From a virus (lineage: Duplodnaviria; Heunggongvirae; Uroviricota; Caudoviricetes), in IMG/VR virus record IMGVR_UViG_3300042901_002340: a stretch of 64,000 nucleotides of DNA. One strand, written 5' to 3'. Position numbers and translations under genes: made by a program. Shown in pieces: positions 10,002 to 20,152 of this stretch (position 1 is the first letter of the stretch; each line of letters starts with the position of its first letter). Below the pieces are notes generated by a model, which was not told the DNA's origin, made no database searches, and was given only the letters and a program-made list of their open reading frames with translations.

Positions 10002-10679
10002 TTATTTAGTTTTTGATACTTGACTTAAATGCTGCGGATCGGTCATGGGAACTATGGGGGTTCCGGATGGACCAACCCCAGTTGGATGTGTATGAGAATT
10101 GAAATAAGTTAAAAATGTGCTACCCTTAACAAGTTTTTCAACTGCCCCCTCACCGAGTTCTATATTGTTACATTTTACTATAACTTTGCTTTGTTCCATT
10201 CTTATTTCGTCCTCTCCCATTTTTACAACTATTCTAAGCTCTCCACCATTCTGAGTATCTAATTGAACCTTAGCGTCTCCGAGTGATATAACAAGACCTT
10301 TTTTTCTTGTGTATATTATTTTAAGTGCTCCTGGTAGTGCCTCGCCATCATAAACAAGGGATTGAGTACCCTCATAAGAATTTTCCTCCTGAAGCTCAGC
10401 AAGAATATCCTGTGATTGTTCCTTTATATACTCATATGTTATTTTATAGTAATTTTCACCTTCAAAATGTACAGATACAACTGCACCCAATCTAGGAACC
10501 GTTATATTACCACCACCATAGTTTGCACCAAAAGATAAACCTGGCATCTGCTCAGCCCATGGTATATTCTCAACTGGTATATCATCAAAAATCCCAAATA
10601 CAGAAACTTTAGCTCTCCCCTTCTTAAGAGGATCGTTAATATCTACTATCCTTCCAAGGTAGGTTTTTTCACTAGCCAT
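10002..10679 (-). CDS. Baseplate central spike, gp5/gpV-like (no lysozyme domain)
   Basis: N-terminal OB fold GRIVDINDPLKKGRAKVSVFG...IPWA...VPRLGAVVSVHF. C-terminal HTH apex motif (HTHPTGVGPSGTP). Confidence 0.85.
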   Translation of the reverse strand: MASEKTYLGRIVDINDPLKKGRAKVSVFGIFDDIPVENIPWAEQMPGLSFGANYGGGNITVPRLGAVVSVHFEGENYYKITYEYIKEQSQDILAELQEENSYEGTQSLVYDGEALPGALKIIYTRKKGLVISLGDAKVQLDTQNGGELRIVVKMGEDEIRMEQSKVIVKCNNIELGEGAVEKLVKGSTFLTYFNSHTHPTGVGPSGTPIVPMTDPQHLSQVSKTK

Positions 10680-10681
10680 AA

Positions 10682-13201
10682 TTATACAAAGTCATTTTTA
10701 TCAGAATTAAGTCCATCGGTACTTATATTATATTTAGTATTAGGTTTTAGGTTTCCAAGATTTTTAGGTTTTTCTATTGCAAAATCTCCACTGGTGGATG
10801 GATAAACTTTATCAAGATCACCTCTAGATATAGTATTTGTATTAATCGGAGGTGCTGAATATATGCTTCCTGGTGGTTGCTGAAAATTATTATTCGTGTT
10901 TATTAATTGTCCACTATTGGAAACCACGCCCTGATTTGGGTAGACGTTTTCATTAACCCCACCGTATGCTCTATTAGGAAGTCCAAGATCATTCCCAGGG
11001 ACTCCAGAATATTCATCACCAGAGGGGTCAGGATATATTCTACCCGGTGCTCCGAGATCATTTCCGGGGACTCCAGAATATTCATCACCAGAGGGGTCAG
11101 GATATATTCTAGCAGGAGTTCCAAGATCAGGTCCTGGCGAGGTTGGGTATTCGTCACCACCCGGTGCTGGATAAATTCTATTAGGAACTCCTAAATCTGG
11201 TCCTGGCGAGGTTGGATATACATCACCAGTGGTTGGAGGATAAACCCTGTCTGGAGCTCCAAGATCTGGGCCTGGAGAGGTTGGATACACATCACCAGTG
11301 GTTGGAGGATAAACCCTGTCTGGAGCTCCAAGATCTGGGCCTGGAGAGGTTGGATACACATCACCAGTGGTTGGAGGATAAACCCTGTCTGGAGCTCCAA
11401 GATCTGGCCCAGGAGAAGTTGGGTATTCGTCACCACCTGGTGCTGGATAAATTCTATTAGGAACTCCTAAATCTGGCCCAGGAGAAGTTGGGTATTCGTC
11501 ACCACTTGGTGCTGGATAAACCCTGCCGGGAGCTCCAAGATCCGGACCTGGCGAGGTTGGATAAGCATCACCAGAAGGTGCATTATAAATTCTATTTGGT
11601 AAACCAAGGTCACCACCAGGAGATGTTGGATAAGCATCACCAGAAGGTGCATTATAAATTCTCTGTGGCAAACCAAGGTCACCACCAGGAGATGTTGGAT
11701 AAGCATCACCAGAAGGTGCATTATAAACCCTATTTGGTGGACCACCGAGACCCATAGATTGCGGATTTGGTAACTCAGTTTTCGTTATTCCTATATTTGC
11801 ACCGCCTAGTTGTGACAGAAAATCTTGTGCAGTATTAAAAGATAGGTTAGATAAAAGCTCACTTGGATTGAAGCTGTATGCGTTACCAAGAACTGCTTTA
11901 TCTAGACCCTGAAGATTCTTTGCAAAATTTGCAACTCCCTCATTTATAAGGTCATTTAGTGAATTACTAACGAAATTTGTTAGTAACTCACCACCTAAAC
12001 TTAGTATGTCGTTGCTATTATCCGCTGGATTTGCCTGAACTGACGATCTAGCAGCATCCCAACTATCACCAAGGATTAAAGGTTTTCCATCCAATCTTAT
12101 ATTTGGGTATTGGTTTCTCATTCTAACCCTACCTACATGTATCTTGAATTTTTGTGACTCTGGAGTTGCACTTCCCGAAGCAGTACCTGCATAAAGTTCA
12201 CTTTGTATAGGAGTACTTTCCGTAAAATCAAATTCGCAATTTTTACATTCAAAAACAAGCATAGGTTTTATTCCTGACTGATCCTGCTGATTTTTTAGAA
12301 GTGAGAAATCATTATCAAGTCCAGCCTGATTAAATATATTACCGACAAAAGAATTAAAAGAACTTGCTGGATTAATGCTACTCGAACTTCCATTACTAAA
12401 ATTACCATTTTGTTGGTCTGCAACATTAGTAGCAGCAGCTATGCTACTCCCAGGATTATTTCCGGAGCCCAAAAGAGAAGAAAGATCATCAATAGCGGTT
12501 AAAGCTGCGGACGATCCAATAAGTCTAGAGGTCTTAAAAAAGTTTCTTATCTCAGAAACGAATATGTACATCGTAAATTTTCTAAGATTTCTAGGAACTA
12601 ATTCTCTCATGTAATCATAGTCAAATGTTGCTTGATTATAAAGATCCGCAAGAGCGGTAACCCTAAGGTTCATGGATTCAAGAGTATTAAACGTTAATGT
12701 CTTCCCAGCGGTTCTCTGTGAACTGAAAGTTGAACTTGCTTCCGTTTGTGTTTGATATCCACCTCTTGGTACCTTCATAAGATCATCCAGTCCACCTATA
12801 GATTGAATAAACCAGGGTGAATTTGTTAGTAAATCATTGAAAGTAATTCTAAATTGTCTAAGCATATCCGCTCTTTTCTTACCGTATGGAAAATCAAATT
12901 CTCTCTCCTCCAAATAACGGGAAGCACTATAATAACTAACTGCTCTTTGAGTTCTGAACTCATACTGGGGTTGTCCAAAAGGATTGCTCGCGAAAAAGTC
13001 ATTCCCAGCACCTATTTCATAATTGGTGTCTCTGAAAAGTGGACTTGGTGGTAATCCATCCTCCGGGTTGATAGGAAGTGTACCAAAATCTATAACGATT
13101 TTAAATCCAAGATATGTTGGATCCTCGTATTGACCCTGTTTGGAAAGCTTAAATCCTTTTAGAAATAAACTTCTTTGTTTGTCTGTTGCTCCTAATGACA
13201 T
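10682..13201 (-). CDS. Baseplate/tail-tube-associated protein with Pro/Gly-rich 23-aa repeats
   Basis: 839 aa, between the hub and spike genes. The N-terminal part is globular and possibly tube-like. The C-terminal part is a tandem repeat array. Confidence 0.5.
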   Translation of the reverse strand: MSLGATDKQRSLFLKGFKLSKQGQYEDPTYLGFKIVIDFGTLPINPEDGLPPSPLFRDTNYEIGAGNDFFASNPFGQPQYEFRTQRAVSYYSASRYLEEREFDFPYGKKRADMLRQFRITFNDLLTNSPWFIQSIGGLDDLMKVPRGGYQTQTEASSTFSSQRTAGKTLTFNTLESMNLRVTALADLYNQATFDYDYMRELVPRNLRKFTMYIFVSEIRNFFKTSRLIGSSAALTAIDDLSSLLGSGNNPGSSIAAATNVADQQNGNFSNGSSSSINPASSFNSFVGNIFNQAGLDNDFSLLKNQQDQSGIKPMLVFECKNCEFDFTESTPIQSELYAGTASGSATPESQKFKIHVGRVRMRNQYPNIRLDGKPLILGDSWDAARSSVQANPADNSNDILSLGGELLTNFVSNSLNDLINEGVANFAKNLQGLDKAVLGNAYSFNPSELLSNLSFNTAQDFLSQLGGANIGITKTELPNPQSMGLGGPPNRVYNAPSGDAYPTSPGGDLGLPQRIYNAPSGDAYPTSPGGDLGLPNRIYNAPSGDAYPTSPGPDLGAPGRVYPAPSGDEYPTSPGPDLGVPNRIYPAPGGDEYPTSPGPDLGAPDRVYPPTTGDVYPTSPGPDLGAPDRVYPPTTGDVYPTSPGPDLGAPDRVYPPTTGDVYPTSPGPDLGVPNRIYPAPGGDEYPTSPGPDLGTPARIYPDPSGDEYSGVPGNDLGAPGRIYPDPSGDEYSGVPGNDLGLPNRAYGGVNENVYPNQGVVSNSGQLINTNNNFQQPPGSIYSAPPINTNTISRGDLDKVYPSTSGDFAIEKPKNLGNLKPNTKYNISTDGLNSDKNDFV
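10940..11752 (-). repeat. Coding tandem repeat, 69 bp / 23 aa, about 11-12 units
   Basis: DLG[ALVT]PxR[IV]YPxPxGD[AEV]YPTSPG units, including three identical DLGAPDRVYPPTTGDVYPTSPGP copies. Confidence 0.95.
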
Positions 13202-13210
13202 TCTGTTATT

Positions 13211-14749
13211 TTATTTTTTTATTACACTATTGGGGAAAGCCTTAGGTGCTGCACCAGAAGAATTAGCCTGCCATGTTCTTTTAGATAATATAAGTTTTTC
13301 TCTCATTCCACCCGTACGAGTCCAATAAACATCCATACCCATAACTACATAGTTTCCAGAAAGAAATGAATCAAGGGTTGGTTGCAAATCTGTATTTGCT
13401 TTATTATTTGGTGATTGCCCAGCATTTTGCTGACGATTTCCACCTTTACTGATGTATATTGCAACAGGTATAACCTGACCTCTTATTATTCCCGGATAAT
13501 ATGTTGATAGCTCAACCTCCAGTGTTAATTTAGTTACGTCATTAATATTTATAAGATTCTGATATTTGGCATGCAGATAATTCTGGTGAACCCCTGATCC
13601 GTCCGAGAATCTATTAAGTACACCAAGCCATTCAGTTCTTGTTTCATCCTTATACTCATCACTTCTAACTCTACCCTTCTGTAGCATCGTCCCAGTCGAT
13701 ACATTATCTGTTGTTATAGATTCAATATCATATTTGACGTACTTTTCAGAAGGATTTTCTGGATTATCCACATCATCATAAAATCCTATATTAGTTATGT
13801 AACCCATTTGATTAGAATTGTTACCTGCTCTAGAAGTTAATGTATAACCATTTATGAAGAAAGGAGTTACTTGAGATCCAGCAAAATTAGTTAGAATCAG
13901 CGGAACTGATGTTGTTTCTGGAGTAGATGTTCCAGGAATAGTATCAACCTTGGGACTTTTTGGTGTATAGCCAGGAACAAAATATCCAACCTCCTTAGAT
14001 TGTCCTTCAAATGCAAACTGACTACCCAAATTTACAAAATTAAGATTGTAGTATGAATCTATCCAACAATCATAAAAGCTTGTCTCGTCGTCTTTATATG
14101 CTCTCAACGAAATCTCCTGTATAAAGTCATAATACGAATAGTTTGGACATATCCAAGACATTAGATCGTTTGTTGAATTATCGTTCGTAGAAAAGCCTAA
14201 ATTGATGTCCTGCGAAACTTCTAACAATGTATCAACCGAAGTCATACTTGAAAATGCCTTTATTCTTTGTTTATACAATCCAGGTATATAGCATTCCGCT
14301 ATAACGGTAAACTTAAAATATTCACCCTCAGGATCAGATCCCTCCTTAGAATAGTAACTTGATACATCACCTACAACACTGAGAATAAGAAAATCCATTC
14401 TAAATGGCTTATAGTAATTATCCGCAGATCTTATATAAACAGAAACTATATCACCATCCTTTGGGTAATTCACTGACATAAATATAGTATCAGCAGCAGC
14501 AAAGGTAAACCTGATAACAGGAATAAACCCAGAAAGATCCAAACTAAAATTACTCATAAATCTGGAAACATTATATCCGTTTATGGAGACATACGGGGAA
14601 ATAAGACCAGTAGATTTCTCCTCGGATGCATTGGTTTCCCTTTGTACGGTTTCATCATTAGAACCCTCCGCATTATCAACCTTAATTAATTCATCAAGTT
14701 TGATATTATTGAGTGCTATTGAATTTATTTTTATATCATTAGCTGTCAT
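13211..14749 (-). CDS. Baseplate hub protein, gp27-like
   Basis: 512 aa upstream of the spike gene. C-terminal IIRGQVIPV...FLSGNYVVMGMDVYW...KLILSKR resembles hub/GPD C-termini. Confidence 0.55.
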   Translation of the reverse strand: MTANDIKINSIALNNIKLDELIKVDNAEGSNDETVQRETNASEEKSTGLISPYVSINGYNVSRFMSNFSLDLSGFIPVIRFTFAAADTIFMSVNYPKDGDIVSVYIRSADNYYKPFRMDFLILSVVGDVSSYYSKEGSDPEGEYFKFTVIAECYIPGLYKQRIKAFSSMTSVDTLLEVSQDINLGFSTNDNSTNDLMSWICPNYSYYDFIQEISLRAYKDDETSFYDCWIDSYYNLNFVNLGSQFAFEGQSKEVGYFVPGYTPKSPKVDTIPGTSTPETTSVPLILTNFAGSQVTPFFINGYTLTSRAGNNSNQMGYITNIGFYDDVDNPENPSEKYVKYDIESITTDNVSTGTMLQKGRVRSDEYKDETRTEWLGVLNRFSDGSGVHQNYLHAKYQNLININDVTKLTLEVELSTYYPGIIRGQVIPVAIYISKGGNRQQNAGQSPNNKANTDLQPTLDSFLSGNYVVMGMDVYWTRTGGMREKLILSKRTWQANSSGAAPKAFPNSVIKK

Positions 14750-14751
14750 CC

Positions 14752-15345
14752 TTAATTGGTAGGTTTATTAAATCCTCCACCCCCTGCACTAGGAGCAAAT
14801 ATAAGATATCCGTTCTCCTTCAATATTGTTTTATCTTCCGGTTGAAGTACGTTGGGAGGAAGAACGATATTAGGTTGGTTCTTAATTTTTTGTTCAAGAA
14901 ATTTTCTTCTAGAATCGCTAACCTTAAATTTCTTACTTTCCTGATTTTTCTTAAATTGTGTGTTGGTGTTAGTGTTTGTATTGTTACTAGAAAGAGCCTG
15001 TGCTTGACTTAATTTTTTTCTGGTGGAAAAAGAATCTTCGATCGATCTAGAATTTGGTATTAAAAGAACATTTCCTTCCATTATAGAAAATGGATTACTT
15101 ATCCTATTAAACTTTAAGAGAGATCCAACCATTCCCTGATCGCCATATTTTATAGCAGCAATAATATCAGGTCTCATCTGATAATATTCAGTAACAACAA
15201 AGAAATCATCAAGACTCATCCCGCTTGCGTAATTAACAGAAGATTGGGTAAGATTCCATATTCCAAATCCATTAGAATTTTCAGATGGGTTTGGATTGAA
15301 TATCGTTTTATTTCTCGATAATGTATCTATAAGAAAACTAGACAT
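14752..15345 (-). CDS. Baseplate wedge protein, gp53/LysM-like
   Basis: MRPDIIAAIKYGD...LLKFNRISNPFSIMEGNVLLIP is the gp53/LysM-like pattern. Confidence 0.7.
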   Translation of the reverse strand: MSSFLIDTLSRNKTIFNPNPSENSNGFGIWNLTQSSVNYASGMSLDDFFVVTEYYQMRPDIIAAIKYGDQGMVGSLLKFNRISNPFSIMEGNVLLIPNSRSIEDSFSTRKKLSQAQALSSNNTNTNTNTQFKKNQESKKFKVSDSRRKFLEQKIKNQPNIVLPPNVLQPEDKTILKENGYLIFAPSAGGGGFNKPTN

Positions 15346-15361
15346 TTTAAATTATTTATTT

Positions 15362-17218
15362 TTATCCACCAGGGGATGCCTGGTTATTTGCAGAAGTTCC
15401 ATACGACTCCTGGTTAAAATATGAATTAACAGCATTTTTAAGATTCTTACCATCGACTGTTGCAATCGCATCATAGGATTGAGCATTGGATGTTGTCGGC
15501 ATAGAAGATTGATACAATCTACCATCACCTCTATTGAAGATGCTTTCTATCTCCCCTCTTTCTCTATCTCTTCCGTGTTTTAATGTGAAAACAGCCTTGA
15601 TCGAGGTCGGAAAATCATCAGGTCCTAATGCTTCACCAAAATCTATTTTAACACCCTCGCATATAAGATTCCCTATCATTGCTATGGGATTGCATGGATT
15701 ACCGACAACAAGATGCCATTCTCCTATTGGTGCTCCCGTTAGAAGACTCGCAGGAAACTGATAGTTCTCAAATAATGTAGGAGTTAAAGTTAATTGTAGT
15801 AATCTATCAGCAGCATCACCAAATTCTTTTTTTAAAGAATCAACTATGGCTGATGGACTAGCTCCACTTTTAGTTAACATTTCCATAGAATTTCTGAGTT
15901 TATCGGTATCGCCCGTATCAAAACTACCCCTATTCATATCAGAAGCTGCTGATTTTGAACTCTCAGCTGGATTAGCTAATTTTGTACCAAATTCTGTTAA
16001 AAATTTAAGAGGTTCTTTGAAAAACATTTCATAACCTCTATTACCACCAGGAAAACCAAAAGCTGGAAAGTTTGCATTATATCTAAAATCTGGAGTTAGA
16101 AAGGATCCATAATTTGTGCCTATACTTAATAAATTACCCATTATATCAAGCATCGAAGCTTTAGTATTTACCTCACCAACCGATGTTAGATCGTACTCAA
16201 ACGTTACTGATATAGAACCAGCATTACCCCAGGTGAACGGCAATCCCACACCTCTAATGTGAGTAGTGTTAACAACATCAACAGAGGTCCAGATATATTC
16301 ACTGAAAAGACCAGCGCCTTTCATACTTGGATCCTTCATCATGTCCCTGAATTTCATGTATTTTGTATTTTCTATGCTCGTATTATTTGGATCCGATGCT
16401 ATTGCTACAGCCTCTAGTATTGCTTTAGTATTCTTAATTGCATCAGTATCACCAAGTCCACTGAAAACATCACCAAATATATTTGATGCGTCCTGGATAA
16501 AACCCTGAGTCATAGATTGCTGATTCAAGACAGACTCCTGTTCCTTGGTGTTCCATTTTATACCAGCACTAAATGATAAGATGTCATTAAGTTTGTTACC
16601 GGTATTACCACCAAACCAGGTCACGGCTTGAGCGACCGGTCTTCCCGCACCCTCGACATTGAACGAACCACTACTTTTAATCGCTCCCGGCACGGAAAGA
16701 TTGTCAAGCGTGGGAGTAGGAAATCTCCTCAGAGTTATCATATAATTGTTTGGTATGGTTGCATAATATTTACAGAAAAGAAAATCTTTCCAGTAATATG
16801 GTGCTGCAAGTCCACCTATTATACTTTTCTCGAAGTTAGAAGTGAATCCATTTAATATGCTGTCACAGTTAGCAGATATAGCCTCAAGAGCAAAGGTTTC
16901 TCTAACTAGATGTCCAGCCGATGGATTTTTAGATTTTCTTGATGATATTGATCTGTTATATTCCCTATTTTCAGATCTGTAATAGGCATCTATAAAATTA
17001 TTTTCATGATTACCTAGAGAGTAGAATAAAAACTGACCATATTTACCAGGTCTTCTTTTACCAGCTTCATAAAAAAGAGTTCTCGCGGTTGGACCTTTGA
17101 AGACGTTACCCGAACCTATATTACTCCATCTCTGTACTAGGTCATTTACTACTCCCTTACCTCTTAATTCCTCAAGGGCAGGAGCGCTAGTTCCAGTATT
17201 TATTATAGAATTTATCAT
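15362..17218 (-). CDS. Putative baseplate/tail-tube cap protein
   Basis: 618 aa upstream of the gp53-like gene. C-terminal WHLVVGNP...IGNLICEGVKIDF...FPTSIKAVFTLK resembles gp48-like tube-fold termini. Largely positional. Confidence 0.4.
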   Translation of the reverse strand: MINSIINTGTSAPALEELRGKGVVNDLVQRWSNIGSGNVFKGPTARTLFYEAGKRRPGKYGQFLFYSLGNHENNFIDAYYRSENREYNRSISSRKSKNPSAGHLVRETFALEAISANCDSILNGFTSNFEKSIIGGLAAPYYWKDFLFCKYYATIPNNYMITLRRFPTPTLDNLSVPGAIKSSGSFNVEGAGRPVAQAVTWFGGNTGNKLNDILSFSAGIKWNTKEQESVLNQQSMTQGFIQDASNIFGDVFSGLGDTDAIKNTKAILEAVAIASDPNNTSIENTKYMKFRDMMKDPSMKGAGLFSEYIWTSVDVVNTTHIRGVGLPFTWGNAGSISVTFEYDLTSVGEVNTKASMLDIMGNLLSIGTNYGSFLTPDFRYNANFPAFGFPGGNRGYEMFFKEPLKFLTEFGTKLANPAESSKSAASDMNRGSFDTGDTDKLRNSMEMLTKSGASPSAIVDSLKKEFGDAADRLLQLTLTPTLFENYQFPASLLTGAPIGEWHLVVGNPCNPIAMIGNLICEGVKIDFGEALGPDDFPTSIKAVFTLKHGRDRERGEIESIFNRGDGRLYQSSMPTTSNAQSYDAIATVDGKNLKNAVNSYFNQESYGTSANNQASPGG

Positions 17219-17234
17219 ATGTCACTAATCTTTT

Positions 17235-17561
17235 TTAAAGATCGTGAATAGCATACTGTATTTCTTCGTGGTGTTCGTCTAATAGATTTTCAAGATTCTC
17301 TATGAAATCCTGATTTATATTCTTATAGCACACAAGTATACCATCACACTTTGTACTATATATTCCTTGTAGTATTTTCTTTCGAATAGTGTAGTTTATT
17401 ACAAATTCGGATTCTCTAGTTAAATTATCAAGTTCATAGCCAAGATCCCTTATTATTTTGGATATATCCACAACATAGAAATCAGAACCGATGGTAGATC
17501 TTTTTTTGGCTTCCTTCGGAGAATATTTGGATAAATAAAAATTTACTTTAATTTCCTGCAT
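17235..17561 (-). CDS. Hypothetical protein
   Basis: 108-aa ORF overlapping the upstream gene by 14 nt. Confidence 0.55.
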   Translation of the reverse strand: MQEIKVNFYLSKYSPKEAKKRSTIGSDFYVVDISKIIRDLGYELDNLTRESEFVINYTIRKKILQGIYSTKCDGILVCYKNINQDFIENLENLLDEHHEEIQYAIHDL

Positions 17562-17838
17562 TATTATCTTTTGATTCTATGGTATCCCAATCTTTGTTGA
17601 TCAGCATGGATTGGAATGAGAAATATTCAGAATCCTGTTGTCTGTACATAAAGAAATTATCACCAGAATCTTCCACATTTTCTTTTTTTAATTGGTCATT
17701 CTTAACCTTTTGCAAATGAATTCTATGTTTATTTTTTCCCTCCTCTATTTTTGCTTTATTGTCAAAAGGATCTTTTTTAGATATATTTAATAGACCCATA
17801 GATTTTAAAATCTGTCTTCTTTGTCTTCTGTTACTCAT
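17548..17838 (-). CDS. Hypothetical protein (basic N-terminus)
   Basis: 96-aa ORF starting MSNRRQRRQILKSMG. Confidence 0.55.
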   Translation of the reverse strand: MSNRRQRRQILKSMGLLNISKKDPFDNKAKIEEGKNKHRIHLQKVKNDQLKKENVEDSGDNFFMYRQQDSEYFSFQSMLINKDWDTIESKDNNAGN

Positions 17839-17849
17839 GGAATAAATAA

Positions 17850-18434
17850 TTAAATTTCAACGTCTTTGAATCCACTCTCCTCGCCGAAAACGGAATCTTC
17901 TCGGTTATATAAATCCATACCAACTACAAACTTGAACAATTTTAAAAATAATCCAGGAATAAATATATCCTTGGCCTTAACTACATCGTTGGCTGGTATG
18001 AAATGAAATACTGCATTTTTTTCTTGTTCGGATCCATCCCCCTCAGCCTTCCCTTTCTCAATCCCAGTAACATCAACTGCAAATGCTGGATACTCCTTAT
18101 CCACAAATTTATTACCAGAAACTGTACCTAAGAAATACCATTTTTTGCTATCCTGTATATCGTAGCCTGACTCCTCCAATAATTCTCTTTTAGCTGTTGC
18201 TAAATAATCAGGATCCTCCTCGTCACAGGTACCCGTTATTAAGCTTTGTGCATTTCCACCATCTCTAAAAAGATTTTTCTCCTTGAGAACACCGATCATC
18301 AAAGGAAGTCCCTGATCATCACTTATGAAAGGTAATATCATAACGGTTTCAACCCTCGATACAATACCTGGTTTTTCTTCCCTCTCGACAACGTCGAATT
18401 TTGGAGTTTCTAGTAATATTTTTTCTTTATTCAT
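17850..18434 (-). CDS. NUDIX hydrolase (ADP-ribose pyrophosphatase-like)
   Basis: Nudix box GTCDEEDPDYLATAKRELLEESGY. Confidence 0.85.
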   Translation of the reverse strand: MNKEKILLETPKFDVVEREEKPGIVSRVETVMILPFISDDQGLPLMIGVLKEKNLFRDGGNAQSLITGTCDEEDPDYLATAKRELLEESGYDIQDSKKWYFLGTVSGNKFVDKEYPAFAVDVTGIEKGKAEGDGSEQEKNAVFHFIPANDVVKAKDIFIPGLFLKLFKFVVGMDLYNREDSVFGEESGFKDVEI

Positions 18435-19083
18435 TATTTTCTTTTTTATTTGACTGGGATCTAGGAGATTTTACAGTTTCTTTCTTATCCGAAAGGTAGT
18501 ACGTTTTTCTTATAGATTCAGAGAGAGATGCCTTTATATCATCTATATCAACTCCACATAATACAAAATCTATTATCTCCTTCTCCGCGTCATCAAAAGA
18601 AGTCGATAAAACCTCATACAACTCCTTCGAAGGTAGATTGAGTTTAATTTTTATACCAACTTCAACAGCATTCTTCTTTTGTTTTTTTAACAGTTTATAT
18701 ATCGGTGATTCATCTTCACCATTTTTAACTGTAGGGTCACTATAAATGATAGAGGTTACACTAGATGGCTTTGATACCTCGATAAATTCAGCCCTTATAC
18801 CTAGATCCTGTTTAGGCGGAGCTGGATAGTACATAAGAAATTCATCAATAATATTAATATTCATTCTTTTACCACTAGCGAATTCAACAAAAAAGTCGCT
18901 ACCTGATAACGAGACGTTTTTATAATTTTCAATAGATCCAACGTCATCACCTTTAATCCATTGAAACTCCATGTTGCTATACATAGATTTTAATTCATCG
19001 ATGCTTTTAATTTCAGCTAAATTCATTCTTTTCGGTTTTTTATTTTTTGACGAAAAAAGATTTGTAATATTGAAGTTTACCAT
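18427..19083 (-). CDS. Hypothetical protein
   Basis: 218-aa ORF overlapping the Nudix start. Confidence 0.6.
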   Translation of the reverse strand: MVNFNITNLFSSKNKKPKRMNLAEIKSIDELKSMYSNMEFQWIKGDDVGSIENYKNVSLSGSDFFVEFASGKRMNINIIDEFLMYYPAPPKQDLGIRAEFIEVSKPSSVTSIIYSDPTVKNGEDESPIYKLLKKQKKNAVEVGIKIKLNLPSKELYEVLSTSFDDAEKEIIDFVLCGVDIDDIKASLSESIRKTYYLSDKKETVKSPRSQSNKKENNE

Positions 19084-19123
19084 TTGTATTTTCTTTTTCC
19101 TTTTCGAGTCTTATCCATACAAG

Positions 19124-19163
19124 AACTCCATTACATAAACATTGTAGATTATATAATGGAGTT
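19124..19163. repeat. Intergenic inverted repeat (15-bp stem, one G.U pair on the minus-strand RNA)
   Basis: aactccattacataa ... ttatataatggagtt. No U-tract follows, and it overlaps a candidate ECF-type promoter. Confidence 0.7.
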
Positions 19164-19181
19164 TTGTTTCGTTATTTATGA

Positions 19182-20144
19182 CTAATTTACTAAGTTTTTT
19201 GGAAATATTTTTATTATTTTGTCTTCAGTAGTAAAAGTGTTTGCAATATTTCTAAGATCCTTCAGTTTCTTTCCGTCCTCAATTCTAGATTTTTTAATTT
19301 CTGGACTTAAGTTTTCGCCATTCTCATTTTTAAAAGCAGAAGATCTTTTCTCAAAGTGATCATAGAAATTCTGTCTGTCCTCAGAATCATCAACACCTAA
19401 TGATTTCTTAAGAAGGAAATATAATCTATGATTTTTTTTAACGTCACTCAGATCAGATTCATCCTCAAGGTTTGGTAGATCTTCATTATAAAAATAGAAA
19501 TTATGTTTACCATCTTTGCTTTTTATCTCCACTGAAGGCGAGGTTTCACCATTATTTCTGTACATCTTGAAATTACCAAGAAGCTGTTTAGATGATTTTT
19601 TATTCACATCTATAGAAATACCATTATCAAGTAGAACCTCATATTCATTATCACCTGTCATCTTCTTAACATCCGATATCTCACACGGTATCCCTATTAT
19701 ATCCATTATATGATAGATATCATTCCTTATGGTGTCGACAATGTCACCGGAATATAGTTTGTCTCTCATCTTGCTATTGTATAGATCCTCTATAAAATCC
19801 TCAAGCTTTGCCCTATTTTCCTCTGTGTTCAACCAATTACTTTCACCGGATATCGTAATCTTGCATGATTCATCACTGGTATTCTTTATTTCGCAGTGTT
19901 CCTTGGGTATCCACAGATCCTTCATTTTTTTACCCATATAGTTATGAAACGATAATCTAACATTTTTTGGGGAATCCTTTGTAAGTAAAATTTTTCCGAA
20001 AGGTGGATCCATGTTACCATCATCAAATCTTTCAGCCTCTAATTCATACCCATCATCGGATATCGAATTTACACCTGGAATTTCCTCGTAGATTTGGGAA
20101 GTACCCTCATTTAGGATAAAATCTTTAAATTTTAAAAATCTCAT
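19182..20144 (-). CDS. Putative capsid-internal protein
   Basis: N-terminus MRFLKFKDFILNE resembles the T4 capsid-targeting sequence plus a protease site. Confidence 0.5.
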   Translation of the reverse strand: MRFLKFKDFILNEGTSQIYEEIPGVNSISDDGYELEAERFDDGNMDPPFGKILLTKDSPKNVRLSFHNYMGKKMKDLWIPKEHCEIKNTSDESCKITISGESNWLNTEENRAKLEDFIEDLYNSKMRDKLYSGDIVDTIRNDIYHIMDIIGIPCEISDVKKMTGDNEYEVLLDNGISIDVNKKSSKQLLGNFKMYRNNGETSPSVEIKSKDGKHNFYFYNEDLPNLEDESDLSDVKKNHRLYFLLKKSLGVDDSEDRQNFYDHFEKRSSAFKNENGENLSPEIKKSRIEDGKKLKDLRNIANTFTTEDKIIKIFPKNLVN

Positions 20145-20152
20145 ACTTTTAG

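Noticed and set aside
10940-11752. Possible CRISPR array or DGR template/variable repeat pair
   Set aside because: The units are in-frame 69-bp coding repeats without unique spacers. No cas genes or reverse transcriptase are in the window, and there is no adenine-specific mismatch pattern.
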